From assembly GCA_001804815.1 (NCBI GenBank), contig MHBI01000056.1, positions 28,802 through 92,801 on the forward strand: a DNA stretch of 64,000 nt, in the 5' to 3' direction. Both the position numbers and the translations under genes were made by a program. Under the pieces are notes generated by a model. It had not been told where the DNA came from, did no database searches, and saw only the letters and a list, made by a program, of their open reading frames with translations. Shown here one piece after another: positions 1 through 11,165 of the stretch. Position 1 is the stretch's first letter. Each line of letters starts with the position of its first letter. This DNA comes from Lentisphaerae bacterium GWF2_50_93. Its GTDB lineage: Bacteria; Verrucomicrobiota; Lentisphaeria; Victivallales; GWF2-50-93.

Positions 1-402
1 ATCGCGAAGAAGCTCAGCAAGCCCCTTCTCATACATTGCGTCAGGGCATATCCTGAGCTTATCACCGAGAAAAACAGAAGGGGGAATATGGCTCCATGGA
101 TAGTCCATGGGTACAGGGGGAATGCCGAGACGGCGTCCCAGCTGATCAATCATGGTTTTTATATTTCCTTCGGCGAAGCCCTTCTGGATGACGGAAAGCT
201 CTGCGGACTGCTGCGTGAAATTCCTTGCGGACGGATCTTTCTTGAGACTGATGACAAGGCAATTGGCATAAGGGAAGTATATGAAAAAGCGGCATCGGCA
301 ATGAATCTCAGTTTCGATATGCTTTCCACTAGGATTAGCGAGAACGCCAGTCGGGTGTTCGTGATAAGGGGAAATTCCAAAGAACAGCCCTCACGGGCTT
401 AA
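1..402 (+). CDS. TatD-family metal-dependent hydrolase, C-terminal part (5' end lies outside the window)
   Basis: Frame 1 is open from nt 1 (IAKKLSKPLLIHCVRAYPEL...WIVHGYRGNAETASQLINHGFYISFG...IFLETD). This matches the TatD pattern (hHxR...H.F.G...ETD). The stop codon at 400-402 lies inside a REP copy. Confidence 0.7.
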   Translation: MAKKLSKPLLIHCVRAYPELITEKNRRGNMAPWIVHGYRGNAETASQLINHGFYISFGEALLDDGKLCGLLREIPCGRIFLETDDKAIGIREVYEKAASAMNLSFDMLSTRISENASRVFVIRGNSKEQPSRA

Positions 403-406
403 CTAG
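381..406 (-). repeat. REP hairpin copy (same family as the RAYT-flanking REPs) overlapping the TatD stop codon
   Basis: agaacagccctcacgggcttaactag is near-identical to 15615-15640 (agaacagccattacgggcttaactac). On the reverse strand it reads GTTAAGCCC-GTGA-GGGCTGTTCT. Confidence 0.7.
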
Positions 407-545
407 AGCCTGCTCGAAAAGGGGGTAGCACAGACATTCTTGTCTGTGACGAAAAATTCAATTTGAACCCACAGACAGGAATGTCTGTGTTACTTTTCAA
501 GACAAATTTCATTTCGGGATTACCTTTTCGAGCAACGTTTAACTA
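399..545. mobile_element. MITE-like ~146 bp palindromic repeat element, copy A
   Basis: Its reverse complement aligns along nearly its whole length with 22207-22351. It has terminal inverted repeats gctcgaaaagg/ccttttcgagc and two internal CACAGACAttcyTGTCTGTG hairpins. It is bracketed by TTAACTA at both ends. Confidence 0.75.
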
Positions 546-641
546 ACAAATCCGCAATTGCTTTCCTTGTTTGAACTCAAGGCATGGAATTTGCATCTTC
601 CATTTGCGATTATAAATTAATCCTGTCGCTTTTCCATCTCT

Positions 642-2813
642 TTGTCAACATTTCATCATGGTGGTATTATGGTCATCAAGGGAAAATGTTGCTTGGTACT
701 ATTGTTATTCATAACAGGAGCCTCTTCCATGACATCTCATTCAAATCCTCTTGAAGGGCAGAAAAGCCCGTATCTCCTCCAGCACGCGCATAATCCTGTC
801 AACTGGTATCCATGGAGCGACCAGGCTTTCAAGAAGGCCGCGGATGAAGGCAAGCCGATATTCCTTTCAATCGGTTATGCCACCTGCCACTGGTGCCATG
901 TCATGGAAAAGGAATCGTTTGAAAATGACGAGGTGGCTGCGATCCTCAACAAGTCATTCATAAGCATCAAGGTAGATCGGGAGGAGCGCCCCGACATCGA
1001 CAATGTATACATGAGCGTATGCCAGGCCCTGACCGGTACCGGCGGCTGGCCATTGACAATTATCATGACCCCGGACAAGAAACCATTCTTCGCTGCAACA
1101 TACATTCCCAGGGAGAGCAGGTTCGGTATGACAGGCCTTCTCGAAATACTTCCCAAACTAGCCGATCTCTGGAAGAACAAGAAGGATGATGTCCTGTCGT
1201 CAGCTGAAAAAGTCTCAGCTGCCCTCAAAGGCAATTCAGACAAGACGTTTGCGGCTGATATCGGGGAAGGGCTGTGCAACAAGGCTGCGGATGAGATCTC
1301 CTCTGAGTTCGACAAGAAGGACGGAGGTTTTGGAAATGCACCCAAGTTCCCTTCAGCGCACCGTCTGCTTTTCCTGATAAGGCAGGCCAGGGTTTCCGGC
1401 GACAAGGAAATATTAAGACAGGTTGAATTCACTCTGGATAAAATGAGGGCAGGGGGGATCCATGACCAGCTCGGCGGAGGGTTCCACAGGTATTCTACAG
1501 ATGCGAAGTGGCTGCTCCCCCATTTCGAGAAGATGCTCTACGACCAGGCGATGCTTGTCATGGCTTATGTTGAAGCTTATCAGAACTCCGGAAAAGAGGA
1601 ATATGTGGATACAGCCCGTGATGCGATAGTATACGTCATGCGCGATATGACGTCAAAGGAAGGTGCATTTTATTCGGCGGAGGACGCAGACAGCGAAGGC
1701 GAGGAGGGGAAGTTCTATGTCTGGAAATACGATGAGGTTTTTTCCGCGCTTGAAAAGGATGAGGCGCTTGTTGCAGTAAGATATTTCAACGTTGACGATC
1801 AGGGTAATTACACCGATCCAATACATGGCGGTTCGATGAACAATATCCTGCACCTGGGGAATTCGCACGATAAGCTTGCCGGTGAATTTGACAAGACAGT
1901 TCCAGAAATGAAATCGATGATCTTGAGGATAAGATCGAAGATGCTTGATCACAGGAGCGAAAGAACAAGGCCGTTGCGTGACACGAAGATCCTTGCCGAC
2001 TGGAACGGGCTCATGATCGCCGCGATTGCGAAGTTCGCAGGTGCGGTGAATTCAGAAAGCCATCTGAATGCGGCCACAAGGGCGGCGGATTTCATACTTG
2101 AAAAGATGAGGTATGGCAAAGGAGGTGGTCTCTACCACCGCTATATCGACGGCGAGCTTGCCGTTGAAGGGCAGCTCGACGACTATGCTTTCATGATCTG
2201 GGGGCTTCTCGAACTTTATGAGGCTGGTTCTGATGAAAAATACCTTTCCGCCGCAATGGAACTGGATAAGGTGCTAAGTGACAGCTTCCATGATGTGGCC
2301 AAAGGCGCATATTTCATGACATCCGAAAAGCATGAGAATCTGATCTTCAGGCCGAAGGTGAACTTCGATGGTGCTCTTCCTTCCGGAAATTCCGTGCAGA
2401 TGATGAATCTGCTCAGGCTTTCGGCTTTGACCGGAAATCCGGCTTATGAGGAGAAAGCGTTCAAGATACTCAAGTCAGTCGCGGAACTCGTCAACCGATA
2501 TCCCGGAAGCTTCACGAACTACCTGAGCGCGCTGCTTTATTCTGAGAATTCAACAGAAGTTGTCGTTGTCGGCAAGAAAGATGATCCTGAAGCTGCGAAG
2601 TTCGCAGAGACACTGAGGAAGACATACCAGCCGTTCATGACGCTGATATCTGTTCCTGCCGGCAACAAGAAAGCAGGGATCCTGAAAATTGCGGAATTCG
2701 CAAAGGATTATAAACAGGTTGACGGGAAGACCACCATCTATGTCTGCAGGAAACACAAGTGCAGCCAGCCGGTCACGGACATTGAAGAGGCGCTGAAGAT
2801 GATAGAAAAGTAG
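642..2813 (+). CDS. Thioredoxin-domain protein of the YyaL/DUF255 family (N-terminal thioredoxin-like domain plus a six-hairpin glycosidase-like domain)
   Basis: [45 protein letters not shown] is the hallmark DUF255 motif. The ORF-track start at 642 is TTG; an ATG at 669 (MVIKGK..., signal-like) is an alternative. Confidence 0.8.
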   Translation: MSTFHHGGIMVIKGKCCLVLLLFITGASSMTSHSNPLEGQKSPYLLQHAHNPVNWYPWSDQAFKKAADEGKPIFLSIGYATCHWCHVMEKESFENDEVAAILNKSFISIKVDREERPDIDNVYMSVCQALTGTGGWPLTIIMTPDKKPFFAATYIPRESRFGMTGLLEILPKLADLWKNKKDDVLSSAEKVSAALKGNSDKTFAADIGEGLCNKAADEISSEFDKKDGGFGNAPKFPSAHRLLFLIRQARVSGDKEILRQVEFTLDKMRAGGIHDQLGGGFHRYSTDAKWLLPHFEKMLYDQAMLVMAYVEAYQNSGKEEYVDTARDAIVYVMRDMTSKEGAFYSAEDADSEGEEGKFYVWKYDEVFSALEKDEALVAVRYFNVDDQGNYTDPIHGGSMNNILHLGNSHDKLAGEFDKTVPEMKSMILRIRSKMLDHRSERTRPLRDTKILADWNGLMIAAIAKFAGAVNSESHLNAATRAADFILEKMRYGKGGGLYHRYIDGELAVEGQLDDYAFMIWGLLELYEAGSDEKYLSAAMELDKVLSDSFHDVAKGAYFMTSEKHENLIFRPKVNFDGALPSGNSVQMMNLLRLSALTGNPAYEEKAFKILKSVAELVNRYPGSFTNYLSALLYSENSTEVVVVGKKDDPEAAKFAETLRKTYQPFMTLISVPAGNKKAGILKIAEFAKDYKQVDGKTTIYVCRKHKCSQPVTDIEEALKMIEK

Positions 2814-2943
2814 GTACGCCCTTTCTGCGTCCGCCATAGCTTCCTTGCGACGGCGGAAGGGTGTACCATTCTTTGTGCGGTCTGCCAGGGATGATTTTCC
2901 ACGCAAGTTGTGTGTTGTCTTTCAACTAACAAAGCGTTAATCT

Positions 2944-3795
2944 ATGAAAAAAATAACAATCATATCAATAGTCCTAATTTGTTCCTTATTCTTATTATTG
3001 TTAAGCTGGCGGGTATACGTCTGTAAAAAAATCTATGATTCATGCTCGACTCTAACAAATTATGCCAGTTCCTCTTTTCCTCGGCAATTCAATCCTTTGA
3101 AAGATGTTCAAGGAGAAACGGTTGATCTCGGATACTGTACTTTCATCCTGCCAGTGAAAAATATTAACAAGATGTTTGTTGGCGGGGATGGATGGATTGT
3201 CGGAATAGAAAGTGACAAGTTTAAACTACAGGCTATTCGTCCAGTCAAAGCTGATCCTGGAGTATTTGAACAATACTTCCTTGGCGATAGGGAAGGTATT
3301 TTAAATGATTCAGAAAAAACTTTGACACGCTTAAAAGAGATGAATATAAATTCCAGCTCAGAAAAGCCTATGCTATCCCTTTTTCAAGATTATAGATGGA
3401 AACAGTTTGTATTGAAAACAAAACCCAAAAGTTTTATTGATCTTTTCTTCTCGTCTCCGTCTGAGCTTGAGCTCTATGCAGTCAAAATGATAACAGGCGG
3501 CAATATATATGGTCAGCGTGGAATTGGCTTGCTAGAAACTAGCTCGACCATGTCTATAATATATTTAGGCTGTTCAGATATTCATGGAAAAGTTACGGCG
3601 GAGACATGGTCTGCAAATGGCAAAATAACACAGGCGATAATTGTTTCTTCCGAATCCTATGAGCTAAGCGAAATGGTCATTAGACATGTTCTTTCTTCTT
3701 ATAAATACACGCTAAGTGAACTTCCTTCAGAAGAGGAAACAAAGAAAATAACAGTGGTGAGTGCAAAGCTTAATGAAAAATATGGGGAGAAATAG
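2944..3795 (+). CDS. Hypothetical protein with an N-terminal membrane anchor or signal sequence
   Basis: 283-aa ORF with a hydrophobic N-terminus (KKITIISIVLICSLFLLLLSW). It is markedly more AT-rich than its neighbours. No motif recognised. Confidence 0.55.
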   Translation: MKKITIISIVLICSLFLLLLSWRVYVCKKIYDSCSTLTNYASSSFPRQFNPLKDVQGETVDLGYCTFILPVKNINKMFVGGDGWIVGIESDKFKLQAIRPVKADPGVFEQYFLGDREGILNDSEKTLTRLKEMNINSSSEKPMLSLFQDYRWKQFVLKTKPKSFIDLFFSSPSELELYAVKMITGGNIYGQRGIGLLETSSTMSIIYLGCSDIHGKVTAETWSANGKITQAIIVSSESYELSEMVIRHVLSSYKYTLSELPSEEETKKITVVSAKLNEKYGEK

Positions 3796-3953
3796 AAAAT
3801 GGGCAAGTCATTCTGCGCTTTGTATTCCGCTGGAAACTGGGGAATAACGGTTCCGCTGTAAAGGCACAGCGGTGACTTCGACACGCGCACTCCATGGTCA
3901 GGCCGGAGCGCCTGACGTAAAATACTCAAGAAAATATTCTGACAGGATTTGCT

Positions 3954-4022
3954 GGATGTAGCGTTGTCTGTCTCAGACAAGAGGAATTAAGACTCTTCGC
4001 CGAGACGGCGAACTCTACATCC
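3954..4022. terminator. Long imperfect hairpin between the convergent genes at 2944-3795 and secA
   Basis: ggatgtagcgttgtctgtctc ... gagacggcgaactctacatcc form imperfect inverted arms. It lies about 45 nt downstream of the secA stop. Confidence 0.4.
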
Positions 4023-4066
4023 AAGAAAGAGATTATAAATTCCTGAGCATGTCGAGGGAATTTATT

Positions 4067-7108
<3,042 letters not shown>

Positions 7109-7132
7109 TGTTGAATGGTCTCTTGGATTTTC

Positions 7133-7699
7133 TTATTTCGAACCTGGCTTTACAAGCGGAGTCTTGTTTGCGCAGAGTGGGCATGCTGCCGGTTCATATG
7201 TGTCAAACTGCAGTTTCAGCAGGCTCTTGAATGGCACGTCGAATTTCACATCGCCTGTCGACCTGTCGACGATCACGGCTATCCCGACGACTTCTGCGCC
7301 CATGCTGCGGGCGAGTTTGACAGTCTGATCTACGCGTCCGCCTTTTGTGACCACGTCTTCAGCGACAAGTATTTTATCACCTTTGGAAATCGTGAAACCG
7401 CGTCTCAAGACGAGATTGTCATTTTCCTTTTCAGCAAAAATAGCCTTGCAGCCGATCCTGCGGCCCACTTCCTGTCCGACAATAAGTCCGCCGAGGGCGG
7501 GGGAGAGGACGGCATCGACCTTGATGCCCTTGAACTTGTCTGCCAATTCGGCGCAGAGTCTTTCAGCGATGTCCGGGTACTGCAGCACCAGTGCGGCCTG
7601 GAAGAAACGGTTGCTGTGGAGGCCGCTTCTGAGCTGGAAATGCCCTTCGAGAAGCGCTCCCGACTTCATGAAATGATCCAATACATCCTTGTCAGTCAT
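7133..7699 (-). CDS. pyrE: Orotate phosphoribosyltransferase
   Basis: 188 aa. GHFQLRSGLHSN plus the PRPP-binding loop ILVAEDVVTKGG. Confidence 0.9.
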   Translation of the reverse strand: MTDKDVLDHFMKSGALLEGHFQLRSGLHSNRFFQAALVLQYPDIAERLCAELADKFKGIKVDAVLSPALGGLIVGQEVGRRIGCKAIFAEKENDNLVLRRGFTISKGDKILVAEDVVTKGGRVDQTVKLARSMGAEVVGIAVIVDRSTGDVKFDVPFKSLLKLQFDTYEPAACPLCANKTPLVKPGSK

Positions 7700-7826
7700 A
7701 TGATAAACTCCATAATTTTGTTTGAGCAGCCGTTACTATAGCCTGAATATTGGAAATTTTAATTGCTTTATTGCAGTAAATCATGTATTTTTATTATTCA
7801 AATAAACTAGAACCGGATGGTTTCCG

Positions 7827-8348
7827 ATGAAAATAACGCTCTCAAGGAAAATTTCTGCTGGAGTTGTGCTTCTGGCGGGACTGTTTATTGCATTCTACGG
7901 GGTGAGCCTCATCCTGGAAGTTTCAAAGTGCAAATCCTGGCCTGTCGCCGAAGGGAAGATAATCCATTCGTTTGCGGTCGATGCAGATGATATCCCGGAG
8001 AACAAGACCAAGGATGTCCTTCGCCCCTATATAGTCTACGAATACATGGTGGGGGAGAAATATTACACCTCAAACAACATAGGCTATCTTGATTTCTTTT
8101 CATGGTTCAACTTCAGCGACACATACTATTCAGGCTCCGAGACCGAAATCCGTGATCTCCTGAAGAAATATCCCGTCGATTCCCCGGTCAAAGTCTATTA
8201 CAACCCTGGGAACATCGAAGTTGCCGTGATCGACTCCGGACTGAAGACCCCGGTCTTCATGCCGTTCATACTCGGTCTCCTGCTTACATATGTGTCATTT
8301 CACGTACTGATATACGGAGCGGTGGGACATCTTGAGGAAAGCGCCTGA
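7827..8348 (+). CDS. DUF3592-family membrane protein
   Basis: TM helix, then W-P-x-x-EGKI, ...YIVYEYMVGEKYY, ...VKVYYNPGN, then a C-terminal TM helix. This is the DUF3592 architecture. Confidence 0.7.
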   Translation: MKITLSRKISAGVVLLAGLFIAFYGVSLILEVSKCKSWPVAEGKIIHSFAVDADDIPENKTKDVLRPYIVYEYMVGEKYYTSNNIGYLDFFSWFNFSDTYYSGSETEIRDLLKKYPVDSPVKVYYNPGNIEVAVIDSGLKTPVFMPFILGLLLTYVSFHVLIYGAVGHLEESA

Positions 8349-8446
8349 GGCATTTGACCCAGGCCCCGCCCGCAACTCAAAATGCTGGATGTCCAATTAA
8401 TGTTTCATGCGATTATAACATAGAACTGTAAAACAAAGACACTGAT

Positions 8447-8842
8447 ATGCTCTGTCCCGCATGCGATACTGAAATGCTCATTCTCGAATTCAACAGAATC
8501 GAGATAGACTTCTGCCATCTCTGCGGGGGCGTCTGGCTCGATGAGGGCGAGCTTGAAATGCTGTTGCAGCCTGACAATACAGGCGCCATGGCCGTTTCCG
8601 GACTTATGGCGGACCTGAAGAAATCCGACAGGCCTGCAGGAAAAAGGAAATGCCCTGTATGCAGGAAAACAATGAATCCAGTGGAACTTTCCATAGAACC
8701 CGTTGTCGAAATAGACAAATGCATATACAACCACGGACTGTGGTTCGACAAGGGGGAGCTTGAACAGATCATGTCTTCCACGGGGGCGGCCGGGAAAATG
8801 TCGGCTTTCCTTAATTCTGTATTTAAAAAGAAATCAAACTAA
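8447..8842 (+). CDS. Zinc-finger protein with two zf-TFIIB-type modules
   Basis: Two modules: CPACDTEM...IDFCHLCGGVWLDEGELEML and CPVCRKTM...IDKCIYNHGLWFDKGELEQI. The CxxC...C.CxGxWxDxGEL pattern is typical of PF13453. Confidence 0.7.
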   Translation: MLCPACDTEMLILEFNRIEIDFCHLCGGVWLDEGELEMLLQPDNTGAMAVSGLMADLKKSDRPAGKRKCPVCRKTMNPVELSIEPVVEIDKCIYNHGLWFDKGELEQIMSSTGAAGKMSAFLNSVFKKKSN

Positions 8843-8857
8843 AAAAAGGAGAATATC

Positions 8858-9430
8858 ATGAGTGGAGCAGTTTTAGGAATAATGGCGATGGTCTTTATTG
8901 GGATAGTGGTAGTAATCGGCCTCTGGTTCCTGATGACCTATAATGGCCTTGTCGCGTTAAGAAACCAGGTGAAGAACGCCTGGGCGCAGATCGATGTCCA
9001 GCTCAAGCGCAGGCACGATCTCATCCCGAATATAGTTGAGACCGTGAAGGGATATGCGAAGCATGAGAGCGGAACCTTCGAAGCAGTCGTGAAGGCCAGG
9101 GCCGCCGCCGTCCAGGCAAGCGGTGTCGCCGCCCAGGCAAAGGCCGAAGGCGAACTCTCGGGCGTCCTCAGCCGCCTGATGGCAGTTGCCGAAGCCTATC
9201 CGGATCTCAAGGCCAACCAGAATTTCCTAGCCCTCCAGGAAGAATTGTCCTCGACTGAGAACAAGATCGCGTTTTCACGCCAGGCATACAATGATCAGGT
9301 GATGATCTACAATACCAGGATACAGGTCATTCCCTCGAACATAGTCGCCAATATCGGCGGATTCACTGCAATGGATCTCTTCGAGCTGAAGGATGAAGCA
9401 CAGCGCCAGGCACCGTCCGTTAAGTTCTAA
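8858..9430 (+). CDS. lemA: LemA family protein
   Basis: N-terminal TM helix followed by YNGLVALRNQVKNAWAQIDVQLKRRHDLIPNIVETVKGYAKHE, the canonical LemA signature. Confidence 0.9.
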   Translation: MSGAVLGIMAMVFIGIVVVIGLWFLMTYNGLVALRNQVKNAWAQIDVQLKRRHDLIPNIVETVKGYAKHESGTFEAVVKARAAAVQASGVAAQAKAEGELSGVLSRLMAVAEAYPDLKANQNFLALQEELSSTENKIAFSRQAYNDQVMIYNTRIQVIPSNIVANIGGFTAMDLFELKDEAQRQAPSVKF

Positions 9431-9435
9431 AAAAA

Positions 9436-9531
9436 GGCACAGAGGCACAGAGGCACAGAGGCACAGAGGCACAGAGGCACAGAGGCACAGAGGCACAAAG
9501 GCACAGAGGCACAGAGGCACAGAGGCACAGA
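9436..9531. repeat. Tandem repeat, 12 copies of the 8-bp unit GGCACAGA (one variant unit GGCACAAA)
   Basis: Read directly from the sequence. It starts 6 nt after the lemA stop and ends about 97 nt before the htpX-like start. Confidence 0.98.
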
Positions 9532-9627
9532 TGGCCATCCTTCTGGATTCCGGTCTTTTTAAATCTTTACATCACAAATCTCTAAATCTCTAAATAAATC
9601 ACTAAATCATTAAATCGTGAAATATTA

Positions 9628-10842
9628 ATGTGGCAGGCGATACAGCAGAACAAGATAAAGTCGGTGATTCTCATAATCTCCATGGGCATCCTGTTGGTCA
9701 TGCTCGGTGCGGCCATCGGAGGTTCGGTCACTGGCAGCCAGGACGGCATCCTCGGCGGAGTGTTCCTCGCCGGACTCGCCTGGTTTTTCCTGACAGTGCT
9801 GGCTGTTCTTGAAGGCAAGAACATACTTCTTTCCCTCTCCGGCGCCCGTGAGGTCTCCCATGACGATGCTCCACAGCTGTATAATATTGTCGAAGAGATG
9901 AGGATTGCGGCTGCGCTTCCGGCGACACCGAAGGTTTTCATAATCGAGAGCCGCGCACCGAACGCCTTTGCCGTCGGGACACCGTCCAATGCGGCGGTTG
10001 CCGTTACGACCGGACTTCTTTCAGTCCTTTCACGCGACGAGCTCCAGGGGGTGATAGCCCATGAGATCGGACATGTCAAAAACCAGGACAGCCGTTTCAT
10101 GACACTTGCCGGAATAATGCTCGGAGTGATTGTTGTCCTGGCGGATGTATATACCAGGAGCATGTTCTATGGAGGGATGGGGAGCCGCCGCTCGAGTTCC
10201 TCGTCAAGAGATGGCGGAGGAAACCAGCTGCAGCTGATTCTTTTCGTGATTGCGATAGTCCTTGCGATACTCGCACCTATTCTTGCAAACCTCCTATACT
10301 TCGCATGTTCGAGAAGCCGTGAATATCTCGCCGATGCTTCTGCCGCTATCTTCACAAGATATCCGGAGGGACTAGCTTCAGCGCTGGAAAAAATCTCAAG
10401 ATCAACCATTCCACTTGAGTCTGCAAACCGCGTCACTGCCCCCATGTACATAATCAACCCGCTCAACAAGGCGAGCGGAAACGCCGTGTTCAGCCTTTTC
10501 AGCACCCATCCGCCTACTGAGGAAAGAATAAAAATACTCAGGACGATGGCCTCCGGAGCAGGACTTGGCGAATACAATAAGGCATATGCCAGCCTTAAGG
10601 GTGGAAACATAGCCGGCGGCAGCGATCTCCGCTCCGCCGAGGAACTCGAACTTCGCGGGATTAAAAGAGAACAGCCGGCGTTCGACAGGAAGCAGCAGAC
10701 GCGTGATGCGAACGACATCCTTCTCCGGGTCAACAAGTTCAATTTCATCGACTGCGCCTGCGGCCTGCGTATTAAAGTCCCTCCGATGTTCTCTGCAAAA
10801 TCCGTGAACTGCCCGCGCTGCGGCGCAAAGCACGAAATCTGA
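9628..10842 (+). CDS. htpX: M48-family zinc metalloprotease (HtpX-like) with a C-terminal zinc-ribbon extension
   Basis: TM helices, HEIGHVKNQD (HExxH motif), and a second TM pair. The tail reads CACGLRIKVP...CPRCGAKHEI (CxxC...CxxC). Confidence 0.85.
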   Translation: MWQAIQQNKIKSVILIISMGILLVMLGAAIGGSVTGSQDGILGGVFLAGLAWFFLTVLAVLEGKNILLSLSGAREVSHDDAPQLYNIVEEMRIAAALPATPKVFIIESRAPNAFAVGTPSNAAVAVTTGLLSVLSRDELQGVIAHEIGHVKNQDSRFMTLAGIMLGVIVVLADVYTRSMFYGGMGSRRSSSSSRDGGGNQLQLILFVIAIVLAILAPILANLLYFACSRSREYLADASAAIFTRYPEGLASALEKISRSTIPLESANRVTAPMYIINPLNKASGNAVFSLFSTHPPTEERIKILRTMASGAGLGEYNKAYASLKGGNIAGGSDLRSAEELELRGIKREQPAFDRKQQTRDANDILLRVNKFNFIDCACGLRIKVPPMFSAKSVNCPRCGAKHEI

Positions 10843-10884
10843 ACCGGAGAATCGGAGAGCCGGTGAAACGGTGTTCGCATTTGA

Positions 10885-10921
10885 AATTTATCGGAGCGCT
10901 GGCGTCCCGCCGGCAATTTGC
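10885..10921 (+). repeat. GC-rich hairpin repeat, second family ('REP-2'), copy 1
   Basis: aaatttatcGGAGCGCTGGCGTCCCGCCGGCAATTTGC is near-identical to 63451-63487 and related to 61738-61770. It lies about 45 nt downstream of the htpX-like stop. Confidence 0.7.
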
Positions 10922-11165
10922 TTAATGATTTGAATTTATCTTTGTTGGAGTTCACAGCGTGAGTCTATTGTTTGTTGCTATTTATGTCCTTTCTTGTCCT
11001 TTTCATCCCCGTACCATAAGTAGGACTTGAAGATATTTCTCAAGCCCGCAAAATGATATTCCATCGTGAAATCCGCCAATCCTCCGCGAAAATATTGAAA
11101 TGTATAGTAGATTATTCCCTTGATAGTGAAAACTTTGTGCATTTGCAGTAAATATAAGGGTAATA

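Noticed and set aside
9436-9531. Possible CRISPR array
   Set aside because: The repeat unit is only 8 bp and is strictly tandem, with no spacers. No cas genes are in the window.
9275-9593. ORFs 9393-9593 (+) and 9275-9538 (-), with repetitive translations (RHRGTEAQ... and VPLCLCAS...)
   Set aside because: They are simply translations of the 8-bp tandem repeat; three units equal 24 nt, which gives an 8-aa period. There is no ribosome-binding site, and they lie in the lemA-htpX intergenic region.
10167-10955. 262-aa ORF antisense to the htpX-like gene
   Set aside because: It overlaps a CDS that has clear HExxH and TM architecture. Its N-terminal part is translated from the REP-2 repeat, and it has no motifs.
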